A stretch of DNA of 64,000 bases from Candidatus Krumholzibacteriia bacterium (lineage in GTDB: Bacteria; Krumholzibacteriota; Krumholzibacteriia; Krumholzibacteriales; Krumholzibacteriaceae), in contig CAWIIQ010000002.1 in assembly GCA_963836185.1 (NCBI GenBank), positions 330,144 through 394,143 of the forward strand, written 5' to 3'. The position numbers were made by a program, and so were the translations under genes. The notes under the pieces are model-generated. The model was not told the DNA's origin. It made no database searches and was given only the letters and a program-made list of their open reading frames with translations. Shown in pieces: positions 39,158 through 51,288 of the stretch (position 1 is its first letter; the number at the start of each line of letters is the position of its first letter).

Positions 39158-42002
39158 ATGGCTCGTGAAGACCTCGTCGTCAGAGGCGCCAGGGAACACA
39201 ATCTCAAGAATATCACAGTGACCGTGCCGCGCGGGAAGCTCGTCGTGATAACGGGGCTGAGCGGTTCGGGCAAGTCGTCTCTCGCCTTCGATACGATCTA
39301 TGCCGAAGGGCAGAGACGTTATGTCGAGTCGCTGTCGAGCTACGCGAGGCAGTTCCTCGAGCAGATGGAGAAACCGGACGTCGACTCGATCGAGGGACTC
39401 TCGCCGGCGATCTCGATCGACCAGAAGACCACCTCGAGGAATCCCCGTTCTACGGTCGGGACGATCACCGAGATCCATGACTACCTCAGGGTCCTCTTCG
39501 CCCGCGCCGGCGAGCCTCACTGTCCCGGGTGCGGGCGCCCGATCAGCCGCCAGACCGTCGCGCAGATCGTCGACAGGCTGACCGCCGCCGGAGAGGGAAA
39601 GAAGCTCGTCATCATGGCCCCCGTAGTGAGGGGGCGCAAGGGTGAGCACAAGGCCCTGCTGGCGAAGCTGGCGAAGGAGGGCTTCGCGCGGGTGAGGGTC
39701 GACGGTGAGATGCACGACCTGGGCGACGAGATCGCCATCGACAAGAAACGCAAGCACGATATAGAAGTGATAGTCGACCGCGTCATAATCAAGGATGGCG
39801 TCGAGAGGCGGCTGGCCGACTCGGTCGAGACAGCGGCGAAGGCGGGAGAAGGGATAATCCTTGTCCAGCAGGGAGGAGAGGAGACCCTGTACAGTCTCGA
39901 GTACGCCTGCCCGTGGTGCGGCGGCGGACTCGGCGAGATATCACCGAGGATGTTCTCGTTCAACTCCCCGTACGGGGCCTGCCCGACATGCCACGGCCTC
40001 GGCACTACGAACGATTTCGCCGAGGAGCTTCTCGTGCCCGATCCGACCCTCAGTGTTGCCGAGGGAGCTCTCGCATCGATAGGATCGCCGAAGGCGAACT
40101 GGTACAGGCTGCGGCTCGAGGCACTCGCCGAGCTGCATGGTTTCTCGCTGACAAGACCTTTCGGCAAGCTCTCGAAGAATGCCCGCCGGATGATACTCGA
40201 GGGGACCGACGACGAGATAGTCGTCCAGTACGATTTTGAACGGGGCAAGGGGGAGTACTACACAAATTGGGAGGGTGTCGTCCCGAACCTCCGCCGCCGG
40301 TATCACCAGACCCGCTCCGATGCGATAAGGCGCTGGATCGAGACGTTCATGACTTCGAGTCCATGCTCTGACTGCCATGGAACACGGCTGAAGCCCGATA
40401 GCCTCTCCGTTACCCTCGCCGGCAGGAATATCGCCGAGATATCGTCTCTGACTATCGAGAGGGCGTCGGAGTTCTTCGGATCGCTCGGCCTCGAGGGGAA
40501 CAGGGCGATCATCGGCGGCCCGCTCCTTCGTGAGATCACTTCGAGGCTGCAGTTCCTCCGCAACGTCGGCCTCGACTACCTCTCGCTCGATCGTTCCGCC
40601 GGAACGCTTGCCGGCGGCGAGGCGCAGAGGATCAGGCTCGCCACGCAGATAGGCTCGAAGCTCGTCGGTGTCCTCTACATACTCGACGAACCGTCGATCG
40701 GCCTTCATCAGCGCGACAACGCGAGGCTGATCGCTACGCTCAAGGAACTGCGGGACGCGGGCAATACAGTTATCGTCATCGAGCACGACAGGGACACGAT
40801 CCTCGCGGCCGACTACGTCATCGATCTCGGGCCCGGCGCGGGAGAGCACGGTGGCGAAGTGGTCGCCGAAGGGACTCCGGCAGGAATATCCACCGTCAAG
40901 GAAAGCCTCACCGGGAAGTACCTCTGCCAGCGAGAGATACTTCGAGCTGAAGAGCGGCGAAGGGAGGGGCACGGGCGAGTCGCTCATCCTCAGGGGCGCG
41001 AGCGAGCACAACCTCAAGGAAATAGACGTCGAGTTCCCTCTCGGCAGGCTGATATGCGTCACCGGCGTCTCCGGCTCGGGCAAGAGCACACTCGTCGGGG
41101 ATATCCTCTACAGGGCCCTTCACAGGATATTCCATCGAAGCACGAGGCTCGCGGGGAGGCACGACAGGATCGACGGCGTCGAACATATCGACAAGGTGAT
41201 CAACATAGACCAGTCTCCGATCGGGCGGACGCCGAGGTCGAATCCCGCTACATACACGGGGCTGTTCGGCCCGATCAGGGATCTTTTCTCCAGGCTCCCC
41301 GAGTCGCAGGTCCGCGGCTACAAGCCGGGGAGATTCAGCTTCAACGTCAAGGGCGGAAGGTGCGAGACGTGCAGGGGAGAGGGGATGATCAAGGTAGAGA
41401 TGCATTTTCTCCCCGACGTCTATGTCCACTGCCAGCAGTGCAAGGGCAGGCGCTACAACAGGGAGACCCTCGAGGTCACATTCAAGAACATCAATATCGC
41501 CGAGGTACTCGAAATGACCGTTGACGAAGCGTTCGATTTCTTTAAGAATATCCCCTCCGTCAGGAGAAAGCTGAAGGTGCTCAGGGAGGTCGGGCTCGGG
41601 TACATCCGGCTGGGGCAGCCGGCGACGACGCTGTCCGGGGGCGAGGCGCAGAGGGTCAAGCTCTCGTCCGAGCTTTCCAAGGTGAGCACCGGAAGGACGC
41701 TGTATATACTGGACGAGCCGAGCACAGGCCTTCACTTCGAGGACGTCAAGATGCTGATGAGTGTTCTCGACAGGCTCGTCGAGAGGGGAAACACGGTGCT
41801 CGTCATAGAGCACAATCCGGATATCATCAGGCTCGCCGATCATATCATCGACCTCGGCCCCGAGGGCGGGGAACGTGGCGGCGAGGTAGTATACACCGGT
41901 TCACCGGCCGGCATCACTGGCTGCCGGGATTCGCACACAGGCGAGATGCTCAAGCAGTATGTGCGGGCCGGGAAAAAGAAAAGTAAAAAGAACAAGTCCT
42001 GA
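39158..42002 (+). CDS. uvrA: Excinuclease ABC subunit A (frameshift near 40940)
   Basis: [22 protein letters not shown], Zn fingers, [12 protein letters not shown], second ABC half GVSGSGKS and [11 protein letters not shown]. Confidence 0.96.
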
Positions 42003-42026
42003 CCAGCAGCGGAAAGAGAGGATCAG

Positions 42027-43129
42027 ATGGCCCTTAAGACACCCCTTTACGATTCGCATGTAGAAAGAGGCGGAAGGATAGTCGAGTTCGCCGGGTTTCT
42101 CATGCCGGTCACATTCGAAGGGATCGTCGCCGAGCACGAGACAGTGCGGACGGGGACCGGCCTCTTCGATGTGAGCCACATGGGAGAGATCTTTATCACG
42201 GGGCCGGGAGCCGTCGAGTTCGCCGACTACGCGGTGACGAACTCAGTCGCTAAACTCGATGAGGGGCAGATCTGCTACACGGTCTGCTGCAACGAAGAGG
42301 GACACGTGCTCGACGATCTGCTCGTATACAGATTTTCCGATGAACGGGTGCTGTTCGTCGTCAATGCCGTCAACGTCGACAAGATATTCGATCACCTCCA
42401 GGCGATAGTGCCTGAGGGCCTGAAGGTAAGGAACCTCACATCCGGTATCGGGCAGATCGCCGTTCAGGGGCCGGCTGCGAGGGATCTTCTCGCCTCGGAC
42501 TCCTTCTTCTCGCGGGTGGCGGCAGGGATCAGGGAACTGGGGTACTACCGGTTCTTCACCTTCGAGCACGAAGGCTCAGAGATCCTGCTGTCGAGGACAG
42601 GTTACACCGGCGAGCTCGGTTACGAGATATATCTTCCCTCGAAGATGGCCGCGGAAGTCTGGAACGGGCTTCTCGATGGGGGCGAGGGCCCCTCCGATAG
42701 GCCTCGGGGCGAGGGATACGCTGAGGTTCGAACCGGGGTACTGCCTCTACGGCCACGAACTCGATGAGGACACCTCGCCGCTCGAAGCCGGCCTCTCCTG
42801 GGTAGTGAAGCTCAAAAAAGGCGATTTCGTCGGGCGGGAAGCGCTCACCGCGGAGAAGGAAAAGAAACCCGCCCGCAAGCTGATCGGGCTCGAGATTACG
42901 GGCAAGGGGATCCCCCGGCAGGGATTCTCCGTCCATCACAATGGCGAGACGGTGGGAAAGGTGACCTCCGGGACATTCTCGCCCGACTCTGAAGAAGGCG
43001 CTCGCGATAGCGCTTGTTAAAAGGTCTGTACCGAAGGAGGCGGAAGGGATTACAATCGACATCCGCGGCAGGGCCGCAACCGCCGTGCGGACGCCGCTGC
43101 CCTTCTACAAGGGGAGCGTCAACGACTGA
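42027..43129 (+). CDS. gcvT: Glycine cleavage aminomethyltransferase T (frameshifts near 42680 and 42985)
   Basis: LKTPLY, GLFDVSHMGE, SRTGYTGELGYE, GLGARDTLR.E.G..LYG.EL, VTSGTFSP. The end ...LPFYKGSVND-stop is at 43127-43129. Confidence 0.93.
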
Positions 43130-43198
43130 TCCTGATAGATTGAATAAAACACGGAGTATACGAACAGATCAGGACTCTATTGAAAAGGAAGGTGCGCG

Positions 43199-43585
43199 AT
43201 GGTTCCTGAAGAATGCACTTACACCAAAGAGCATGAGTGGGTATGCCACGAGGGCGGCGTTGCCACGATCGGTATCAGCGATTACGCCGCGACCGAACTG
43301 GGTGACATCGTCTACATCGAGCTTACCGAGGCAGGATCGAACGTGAAGCAGATGGATCCGATCGGAACGATCGAGGCTGTAAAGACCGTGGCCGAGCTCT
43401 TCTCGCCGGTCAGTGGTGAGATCGTCGAGGTCAACGAGGCTATCCTCGAGCACCCGGAGATCATCAATCGCGACCCGTTCGAGGAAGGCTGGTTCGTCAA
43501 GATCAGGATCAGCGATCCTGGAGAGCTCGACAACCTGTTTACATTCGAAGAGTACTCGGAATTCCTCGGCGAGCAGGAGGACTGA
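43199..43585 (+). CDS. gcvH: Glycine cleavage H protein
   Basis: YTKEHEW, LGDIVY, IEAVK (lipoyl Lys), SPVSGEI.EVN motifs. Confidence 0.97.
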   Translation: MVPEECTYTKEHEWVCHEGGVATIGISDYAATELGDIVYIELTEAGSNVKQMDPIGTIEAVKTVAELFSPVSGEIVEVNEAILEHPEIINRDPFEEGWFVKIRISDPGELDNLFTFEEYSEFLGEQED

Positions 43586-43607
43586 CAGAAAACAGCAAGG
43601 AAGGTCG

Positions 43608-44960
43608 ATGAGCTACGTTCAGAACACCGAAAGTGACAGGCGTGAGATGCTGGAGGCGACAGGAGTCGCCTCCTTCGAAGAGTTGCTCGAGCCGATCGAC
43701 GAAAGACTTCGTGTCGATGGAGCCCTCGATATAGGCCCTTCGATGAGCGAGGCTGAGGTAGCCTCCAGGCTCGGCGCTCTAGCCTCGGCAAACAGCCCGG
43801 CCTCTGAGATGGTCAGCTTTCTCGGAGGCGGCATCTACGACAGGTTCATACCCGCCACCGTGAGGTACGTCCTCTCGAGAAGCGAGTTTTACACCTCTTA
43901 CACTCCCTACCAGGCGGAAGTAAGCCAGGGGACACTGCAGGCGATATTCGAGTACCAGACGATGATCGCCCGGCTCACGGCGATGGATGCCGCGAACGCG
44001 TCGATGTACGACGCCTCGACGGCGCTCGCCGAGGCGATGCTGATGGCAAGCGTCATCAAGCGCACCGGGCGCGTGGTCGTACCTGCATCCCTCTCAAGAA
44101 GGGTCCGCGCCGTGCTCGACAGTTACGCGGCGGGCAAGGATGTCGTGATAGACGAAGTCCCCTTCGGCGACGACGGCACGATCGATACCGGCGCCCTGGC
44201 CGGGATGCTTTCTGAAAAGGCCGCCGCCGTCGTTCTCGCCCAGCCTAACTATTTCGGCCTGATCGAGGACGCGCGGGCAGTCTCCGGTATCGTCCACGAG
44301 GCCGGGGCCCTGCTCATAGTCCTGGCCGATCCGGTGTCGCTCGCCCTTATCGAGCCGCCCGGAGAGTATGACGCCGATATCGTGGTCGGTGAGGGACAGT
44401 CGCTCGGTATCGCCCAGAGCTTCGGGGGGCCGCTGCTCGGGTTCCTCGCGGCGAAGACTCCTTACCTGAGAAAATGCCCCGGCAGACTGATCAGCGCGAC
44501 AGTCGACATCGACGGGAAGAGGGGTTACACGATGACCCTCCAGACGCGTGAGCAGCATATCAGGAGGGAGAAGGCCACCTCGAACATATGCACGAACGAG
44601 GGGCTGGTGGCGCTGGCCGCCTCGGTCTACCTCGCCACGCTCGGCGAGGACGGCTTCAGGGATGTCGCGCTGCAGAGCGCCTCGAAGGCGAGGACCCTCT
44701 ACAGGATGCTGAAGGATGCGGGAGTAGGGCTGCCCTTCGGCGAGAACTTCTTCCAGGAATTCGTGATGACGATACCGGGAGGCGCGGACGCTTTTATCGC
44801 CAGGGCGAGAGAGCGCGGCGTTCTCGCCGGTATTCCGCTCGGAAAGGACTTTCCTTCTCTCGGCGGCGACGCGATCCTCGTGGCCGTCACCGAGAAGCGT
44901 ACCAGGGAGGACCTTGAGCTGCTCTGTGAGCTGGCGTCGGGGAAGGGGGGTGCGGCATGA
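43608..44960 (+). CDS. gcvPA: Glycine dehydrogenase subunit 1
   Basis: FLGGGIY, YTPYQAEVSQG.LQ, NASMYD, TREQHIRREKATSNICTN motifs. Confidence 0.97.
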   Translation: MSYVQNTESDRREMLEATGVASFEELLEPIDERLRVDGALDIGPSMSEAEVASRLGALASANSPASEMVSFLGGGIYDRFIPATVRYVLSRSEFYTSYTPYQAEVSQGTLQAIFEYQTMIARLTAMDAANASMYDASTALAEAMLMASVIKRTGRVVVPASLSRRVRAVLDSYAAGKDVVIDEVPFGDDGTIDTGALAGMLSEKAAAVVLAQPNYFGLIEDARAVSGIVHEAGALLIVLADPVSLALIEPPGEYDADIVVGEGQSLGIAQSFGGPLLGFLAAKTPYLRKCPGRLISATVDIDGKRGYTMTLQTREQHIRREKATSNICTNEGLVALAASVYLATLGEDGFRDVALQSASKARTLYRMLKDAGVGLPFGENFFQEFVMTIPGGADAFIARARERGVLAGIPLGKDFPSLGGDAILVAVTEKRTREDLELLCELASGKGGAA

Positions 44961-46414
44961 GTACGACGATATTCGAAAAAGGGACAGGCGGCAGAAGCGG
45001 AAGCTTCATACCGGCAAACGACTGTCCGGTCGACGATCTCGGGTTTGCGCATCCGCGCGGTGGAGAGGTCGGCCTGCCCCGTATCGGCGAGCAGGACCTG
45101 ATCAGGCACTACGTCGAGCTTGCCTCGAAGAACTATCATATCGACAAGGGCATGTATCCGCTCGGCAGCTGCACGATGAAGTACAATCCCGTCATCAACG
45201 AGGAAGTCGCGAGACTCGGCGGCTTTGCCGGCCTGCATCCCCTGCAGTCGGAAGATGACGTGCAGGGAGCGCTCGAGCTGATGTATGAGCTCGAATCGGA
45301 CCTCTGCGAGATCTGCGGGATGAGCGCGTTCAGCCTCCAGCCGGTAGCGGGCGCCCACGGGGAGCTGACCGGCATGATGATCGCGAGGGACTGGTTCCGT
45401 CGCAGAGGAGAAGAGAGGAAGACCGTCCTCGTCCCCGATTCGGCCCACGGCACCAACCCGGCGAGCGTAGTCATCTGCGGGTTCACCCCGAAGACTATCC
45501 CTTCCAACGAAGCGGGCCTTATCGATCCTGACGTGCTCGAGCGGGAGGCGGGCGACGATACGGCGGTCCTGATGCTGACGCTGCCCAACACGCTCGGCCT
45601 CTTCGAAAAAGACATCGAGAGGATAATAAAGATAGTCCACGACGCCGGCGCCCTCGTCTACATGGACGGGGCTAACATGAACGCCCTGATGGGCATCGTC
45701 AGGCCCGGTTCGATAGGTGTCGATATAATGCATCTGAACCTTCACAAGACTTTCTCAACCCCTCACGGAGGCGGCGGCCCGGGCTCAGGCCCCGTCGGGG
45801 TGCGCGAGCATCTGGCGGGCCTTCTGCCGGTGCCGAGGGTCGTAAGGGAGAACGGACGTTTTACCCTCAGGGAGACGGACGAGGAGTCGATCGGCAGGGT
45901 CCATCCGTGGTTCGGCAACTTCAACGTCTTCGTCAAGGCCTATGCCTATATCAAGGCGCTCGGTGGCGAGGGGCTCAGAGAGGTCTCCGAGAACGCGATC
46001 CTCAACGCCAACTACCTGATGAAGAAGGTCGCCCGGGATTACGACATAAAGTATCCGGGCAGGTGCATGCACGAGTTCGTCGCTTCGGGAAGAAATCTGA
46101 AGAAGTTCGGGGTGAAGACGGTCGACGTGGCCAAGCGCCTTCTCGACTACGGCCTTCACGCCCCGACAGTCTACTTTCCGCTGATCGTCGAGGAAGCTCT
46201 TATGATCGAGCCTGTCGAGACGGAAAAGAAAGAGACCCTCGACCATTTCGCCGACGTGATGGCGAAGATAGCGAGAGAAGCGGAAGAGAACCCGGATATC
46301 CTCCACGAGGCGCCGGTGACGACACCGGTCAGGCGTCTCGACGAGGCCGCCGCCGCTCGCTGCCCGGAGCTCTGCTGGTCCGGCCTGGAGTGTGTACCGA
46401 TGGAGGACGAATGA
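44957..46414 (+). CDS. gcvPB: Glycine dehydrogenase subunit 2
   Basis: YPLGSCTMKYNP, AHGTNPAS, HLNLHKTFSTPHGGGGPG motifs. Confidence 0.97.
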   Translation: MSTTIFEKGTGGRSGSFIPANDCPVDDLGFAHPRGGEVGLPRIGEQDLIRHYVELASKNYHIDKGMYPLGSCTMKYNPVINEEVARLGGFAGLHPLQSEDDVQGALELMYELESDLCEICGMSAFSLQPVAGAHGELTGMMIARDWFRRRGEERKTVLVPDSAHGTNPASVVICGFTPKTIPSNEAGLIDPDVLEREAGDDTAVLMLTLPNTLGLFEKDIERIIKIVHDAGALVYMDGANMNALMGIVRPGSIGVDIMHLNLHKTFSTPHGGGGPGSGPVGVREHLAGLLPVPRVVRENGRFTLRETDEESIGRVHPWFGNFNVFVKAYAYIKALGGEGLREVSENAILNANYLMKKVARDYDIKYPGRCMHEFVASGRNLKKFGVKTVDVAKRLLDYGLHAPTVYFPLIVEEALMIEPVETEKKETLDHFADVMAKIAREAEENPDILHEAPVTTPVRRLDEAAAARCPELCWSGLECVPMEDE

Positions 46415-47209
46415 CGCAGTGGCTGCTTATCGACGACGCGCCGGCAAGCGGCGCGAGGAACATGGCCGTCGATGAGTTTCTTTTGAGAAGAGTTGAAAAC
46501 GATGGCGGAGCCCCGGTGCTCCGCCTTTATTCTTTCAGTCCGCCGGCGATCACGCTCGGTTACCACCAGGATGCGTCGAAGGCGATAGACATTTCTGCGG
46601 TCGGGGCCGACGGGCTCGACATCGTCAGGAGGATAACGGGGGGCAGGGCCCTGTTGCACGACGGTGAGCTGACCTACTCGGTGACCGCGCCGATCGGCCC
46701 GCCCTTCGGGCAGGGGCTCGCCGATACCTTTCTCGTCATAGCTGGGGTGATCGTCTCTGCCCTTCGCCGGTCGGGGATAGAAGCCCGGCTCGGAAGCGCC
46801 AGGCATACCGGGGTGGAGAAGCTCGATGTCATCGCCCTGCCTCGTATCGACGAGCAGGCACGAGATAACGGCCGGGGGAAGGAAGATATCGGGAAGCGCG
46901 CAGAGAAGGACCGGCGGAGCGTTCATCCAGCATGGATCGATACTCATGCGGACCGGCTCCGAGAGGATCGAGCAGTACCTTCGCGGGGGATGGAAGGGGC
47001 TCGCGGGGATGATCACGACTGTCGAGGCGGAGACGGGCGGTGCTGGAAAGGACAGGAGAGCTCCGCGGCCACATCATAGATCTGTTCGGTGAGCGCATGG
47101 GGGGAGAGCCGAAAGAGCTCCAGCTCGATCAGGCCGGGCATCGCGGCGATTGATATCGCCGAGGCGGACAAGAAGGCCGAGTTCTCCATCGGAAAGGCGG
47201 CAGCGGTGA
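46411..47209 (+). CDS. Lipoate-protein ligase/octanoyltransferase (LplA/LipM family), several frameshifts
   Basis: NMAVDE.LL, LRLY, RRITGGRALLH..ELTYS, then in shifted frames GRKISGSAQ.R....IQHGSI. The end coordinate is approximate. Confidence 0.82.
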
Positions 47210-48192
47210 TGCTGCGGTACTTCGCGGGCAGGCTCGGGCAGTCGGTCCTTCTCGTCTGGCTCGTCCTGACCATCACATTCTTCCTCCTGCATCTCGCTCC
47301 CGGCGATCCGATGGCGAGGTACGACGATCCGGAGATGGCTCCGGAGACTGTCGAGATGATGCGCAGGCAGTTCGGCCTCGACCGCAGCATCCCGGAACAG
47401 TACGTGAGGTGGATCTCGAACTTCTGCGTGGGGGATTTCGGGCTCAGCCTCAGGTATAACCGTCCGGTCTCCGAGCTTCTCGCCCGAGCGGTTCCCAACA
47501 CCCTGCGCCTGACCATAGCCGCCCTGACAGTATACATCGTCCTCGGCGTGGCTCTCGGAATAACCTCGGCGGCGAGGAAGGACTCGCTCTTCGACCGCTC
47601 CGGGACGCTCGCCGCTCTCGTCGTATATTCGATCCCGTCGTTCTGGCTCGCCCTGATGCTGATCATGCTCTTCTCGCTGAAGCTGGGATGGTTACCATCG
47701 TCGCACATGCAGTCGATCGATGCGGCAAGCCTCGGCGCGTTCGCCCTGTTCCGCGACAGGGCCGCCCACCTCGTCCTGCCCGCCTTCGTCCTCGGAGTGG
47801 CGTCGGCGGCCGGGATGGCCCGCTACATGAGGGGAAGCATGCTCGACGAGCTGCGGCGAGACTACGTCAGGACGGCGAGGGCCAAGGGGCTTTCCGAAGG
47901 TTCGGTGCTGATGAAGCATGCCTTCCGGAACGCGGCGATACCGATCGTGACGATCGTCGGCCTGAGCTTTCCCTTCCTGCTCGGAGGATCGGTCATAACG
48001 GAGAGGATATTCTCGTGGCCCGGAATGGGATCGCTGATGGTCGAATCGATATTCACGAGGGATTACCCCGTCGTCCTCGCTATCAATTTCATCGTCTCGG
48101 TGATGGTCATCCTCGGCAATCTTCTCGCCGATCTCGGTTACGCGCTTCTCGATCCGAGGATCGCCTGGTCCGGAGAGGAGGGGAAGCGATGA
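47209..48192 (+). CDS. oppB: Oligo/dipeptide ABC permease (OppB/DppB)
   Basis: LAPGDP, GDFG.S, DYVRTARAKGL (EAA loop), ITE.IFSWPG.G, RDYPV motifs. Confidence 0.9.
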   Translation: MLRYFAGRLGQSVLLVWLVLTITFFLLHLAPGDPMARYDDPEMAPETVEMMRRQFGLDRSIPEQYVRWISNFCVGDFGLSLRYNRPVSELLARAVPNTLRLTIAALTVYIVLGVALGITSAARKDSLFDRSGTLAALVVYSIPSFWLALMLIMLFSLKLGWLPSSHMQSIDAASLGAFALFRDRAAHLVLPAFVLGVASAAGMARYMRGSMLDELRRDYVRTARAKGLSEGSVLMKHAFRNAAIPIVTIVGLSFPFLLGGSVITERIFSWPGMGSLMVESIFTRDYPVVLAINFIVSVMVILGNLLADLGYALLDPRIAWSGEEGKR

Positions 48193-49046
48193 GCGGCGGC
48201 AGGTCGTTATGGTCGGCCGGATGGGCGAGGTTCCGCGGGAACCCCCTGGCGATGGCAGGGGCCGTGACGGTGCTGATCCTCTATCTCGTCGCGATATTCG
48301 CCCCCGTGCTGACCCCGTACGACCCGGTCTCTCACGGCGACCTGCCCGGGATGAGGCACCAGCCCCCGTCGAGGGCGCATCCGCTCGGAACCGACAAGTT
48401 CGGCCGCGACGTATTCAGCAGGATAGTCTACGGCTCGAGGATCTCGCTTACCGTGAGCTTTCTCGCCGTCGCGCTGTCGGTACTTCTCGGATCGATAATA
48501 GGGGCGGTCGCCGGGTATTCCGGCGGGTTTGTCGATGCGGTGCTGATGCGGATAGTCGACGCGCTCATGTCGATACCGAGGCTCTTCCTGCTGCTTACAT
48601 GCATAGCGCTCTTCTCGAGGCGCCTTCTGCTGGTCACCATACTGCTCGGAGCGACGGGATGGATGGGTACGGCCCGCCTTGTACGCGGGCAGATACTGAC
48701 TCTCAAGAGCAGGGAATTTATCAGCGCCGCCGAGGCGCTCGGAGCGGGGAGCAGGAGGATCGTCCTCTGTCATCTCATTCCGAACGCCCTGACGGTGATA
48801 ATCGTATCGGCGACCTTGAGGATAGGGCTTATCATCCTCGTCGAGGCATCGCTCAGTTTTCTCGGCCTCGGTGTCCCGCCTCCGACGCCGAGCTGGGGGA
48901 TGATGGTCTACGAGGGACGCGAGGTGCTGCTCGACGCATGGTGGGTTTCGACCTTTCCCGGCCTCGCGATTGTTGTTACAGTAGTCGCGTACAATCTGAT
49001 GGGCGACGGCCTGAGAGATTCGTTCGATCCGGTACAGTTCACATAG
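48189..49046 (+). CDS. oppC: Oligo/dipeptide ABC permease (OppC/DppC)
   Basis: [35 protein letters not shown]...P.PSWG motifs. Confidence 0.9.
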   Translation: MSGGRSLWSAGWARFRGNPLAMAGAVTVLILYLVAIFAPVLTPYDPVSHGDLPGMRHQPPSRAHPLGTDKFGRDVFSRIVYGSRISLTVSFLAVALSVLLGSIIGAVAGYSGGFVDAVLMRIVDALMSIPRLFLLLTCIALFSRRLLLVTILLGATGWMGTARLVRGQILTLKSREFISAAEALGAGSRRIVLCHLIPNALTVIIVSATLRIGLIILVEASLSFLGLGVPPPTPSWGMMVYEGREVLLDAWWVSTFPGLAIVVTVVAYNLMGDGLRDSFDPVQFT

Positions 49047-49062
49047 ACGATGGAAGAATAAT

Positions 49063-50040
49063 ATGCCTGAAGAGCTGCTCAAGATAGACGCGCTTAAGAC
49101 GGTCTTCCATACCGAGGCCGGGACGGCCAGGGCGGTCGACGGCGTGAGCTTTACCGTCGGGCGCGGAGAGACCGTCGGACTGGTCGGCGAGTCGGGATGC
49201 GGCAAGAGTGTGACGGCGCTGTCGATATTGAGACTCATAGCAGATCCTCCCGGACGGATCGAAAGCGGCAGCATCCTCTTCGAGGGGAGGGACCTCCTCG
49301 GCCTGAGCGAGAAGGAGATGAGGAAGGTCAGGGGGAACGAGATATCGATCGTCTTCCAGGAGCCGCTCAGCAGCCTCAATCCCGTATTCACCTGCGGGGA
49401 ACAGATCAGGGAAGCGATAGCACTCCACCAGAAGCTGGGCCGGAAAGCATCGAAGGAAAAGGCGATCGACATGCTGAGGCTCGTCAGGATCCCCGACCCG
49501 GAGAAACGCTACGGCAGCTACCCGCACCAGATGAGCGGAGGGATGAGGCAGCGGGTGATGATCGCGATGGCGCTGAGCTGCCAGCCGAAGCTTCTCATCG
49601 CCGATGAGCCCTCGACCGCTCTCGACGTCTCGGTGCAGGCCCAGATCATAGAGCTTCTCGACGAGCTTCGCTCCGGCATGGACATGGCTGTCCTGCTGAT
49701 CACTCACGACCTTGCGGTGGTGGCGCAGATGGCCGACCGTGTCGTCGTGATGTACGCCGGAGCGGTAGTAGAGGAATCACCGGTAGGCGAGATCTTCAGT
49801 TCACCTGCCCATCCATATACGAAAGGGCTTCTCGACTCTCTCCCGAAGCTCGGGCAGGACCTCGAAAGGCTGCCGATGATCCCGGGTACAGTCCCCGACC
49901 CGCTCCATCTCCCCGAAGGATGCAGGTTCAGCGACCGTTGTTCCGAGAGGTTCGAGAGATGTGCCGCAGAGCCTCCTCTGTTCGATCTGCCCGGCGGCCG
50001 CCGGGCGAGATGCTGGCTGCTCGAGGAGGGTGACGGATGA
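49063..50040 (+). CDS. oppD: Peptide ABC ATP-binding protein (OppD/DppD)
   Basis: [34 protein letters not shown]-terminal Cys motif. Confidence 0.92.
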   Translation: MPEELLKIDALKTVFHTEAGTARAVDGVSFTVGRGETVGLVGESGCGKSVTALSILRLIADPPGRIESGSILFEGRDLLGLSEKEMRKVRGNEISIVFQEPLSSLNPVFTCGEQIREAIALHQKLGRKASKEKAIDMLRLVRIPDPEKRYGSYPHQMSGGMRQRVMIAMALSCQPKLLIADEPSTALDVSVQAQIIELLDELRSGMDMAVLLITHDLAVVAQMADRVVVMYAGAVVEESPVGEIFSSPAHPYTKGLLDSLPKLGQDLERLPMIPGTVPDPLHLPEGCRFSDRCSERFERCAAEPPLFDLPGGRRARCWLLEEGDG

Positions 50041-50999
50041 ACATCCTCTCCGCGAAAGGGTTGAAGAAATATTACAGGAGCGCCGGCGGGTTGTTCATGC
50101 GCGGCAGCAGGCTGCTTCGCGCCGTGGACGGCGTCGATATCGATCTGGAAAAAGGAAAGACGCTGGGTCTCGTCGGAGAATCGGGCTGCGGCAAGAGCAC
50201 GCTCTCTCGCCTGCTCATGCGTCTCGAGGAACCGACCGAGGGGACACTCGAGATCGACGGGACCGATTTCCTCTCCCTCAAGGGAGGGGAACTGCGCAGG
50301 GCGCGAAGGAAGATACAGATGATCTTCCAGGATCCTTATTCCTCGCTCAATCCGAGGCTGACGGTGGGCAGTACGATAGCTGAGGGGATAAGGATACACA
50401 AGCTGGCAAGGGGCGCTGATGTGCAGCGGCGCGTCGGCGAACTGCTCGACAAGGTCGGCCTGCCCAGGGCGGCTTATTCGAGGTATCCGCACGAGTTCTC
50501 GGGAGGGCAGAGGCAAAGGGTGGGAATAGCGCGCGCCCTGGCCGTCGAACCCGACATCATAGTGGCGGATGAACCTGTATCGGCTCTTGATGTCTCGGTA
50601 CAGGCCCAGATCATAAACCTCCTGGCCGATCTGCAGAAGGACCTGGGGCTGACCTATCTTTTTGTCGCGCACGATCTCGGTGTAGTCGAGCATGTGAGCG
50701 ACCGTATCTCGGTGATGTATCTCGGCAGGATAGTCGAATCAGCACCGGCGAAAGAGCTTTTTTCCGCCCCGATTCATCCGTACACGCAGGGCCTGCTCGC
50801 CTCCATCCCTACGGCGAGTCCCGGTCGAAGAGTAAAGGCCGCCATCAGCGGGGACGTTCCCAGTCCCGTAGATATTCCCGACGGCTGCTCTTTCAATACG
50901 AGATGCCCGATGGCGTTCGGCCGCTGCGGAACCGATATACCGGAGCTCCGGGAGGTCTCGCCCGGGCGCCGGACGGCGTGCTGGCTGCATGAGGAATAG
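50037..50999 (+). CDS. oppF: Peptide ABC ATP-binding protein (OppF/DppF)
   Basis: [35 protein letters not shown] motifs. Confidence 0.92.
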   Translation: MNILSAKGLKKYYRSAGGLFMRGSRLLRAVDGVDIDLEKGKTLGLVGESGCGKSTLSRLLMRLEEPTEGTLEIDGTDFLSLKGGELRRARRKIQMIFQDPYSSLNPRLTVGSTIAEGIRIHKLARGADVQRRVGELLDKVGLPRAAYSRYPHEFSGGQRQRVGIARALAVEPDIIVADEPVSALDVSVQAQIINLLADLQKDLGLTYLFVAHDLGVVEHVSDRISVMYLGRIVESAPAKELFSAPIHPYTQGLLASIPTASPGRRVKAAISGDVPSPVDIPDGCSFNTRCPMAFGRCGTDIPELREVSPGRRTACWLHEE

Positions 51000-51012
51000 T
51001 CGGGCGCCTTGT

Positions 51013-51288
51013 TCAGCGCCTTCTGGTCTGTCCGTCGAGGATACGTTTCGATACCGAACCACCGGTCTTGAGCACCTTTGATCCTCTTGTGATCTTGCAG
51101 AGACTCACTCCGAGCTTAGAGGCGATGTCGCGCTGAGAATGACCTCGCTCCAGCATCTCCATCACCTTCCATCGCTTGGATATATCCTCGATCTCAGAGG
51201 GGGTGAAGACCTCTCTGATGAATCTCTTCATCGTCCGAGGATCGTCTATCGAGCAGAATATCTTTACAAGCCTGTCAGTTGCTTTCAT
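51013..51288 (-). CDS. trpR: TrpR/YerC-family repressor
   Basis: FTPSE...I..RW.....L..G.SQR.IA..LGVSLCKITRGS..LK, the Trp-repressor fold signature. No trp genes adjacent. Confidence 0.85.
   Translation of the reverse strand: MKATDRLVKIFCSIDDPRTMKRFIREVFTPSEIEDISKRWKVMEMLERGHSQRDIASKLGVSLCKITRGSKVLKTGGSVSKRILDGQTRRR

Noticed and set aside
42003-42026. Glycine riboswitch ahead of gcvT
   Set aside because: Only 24 nt separate uvrA and gcvT, leaving no room for an aptamer.
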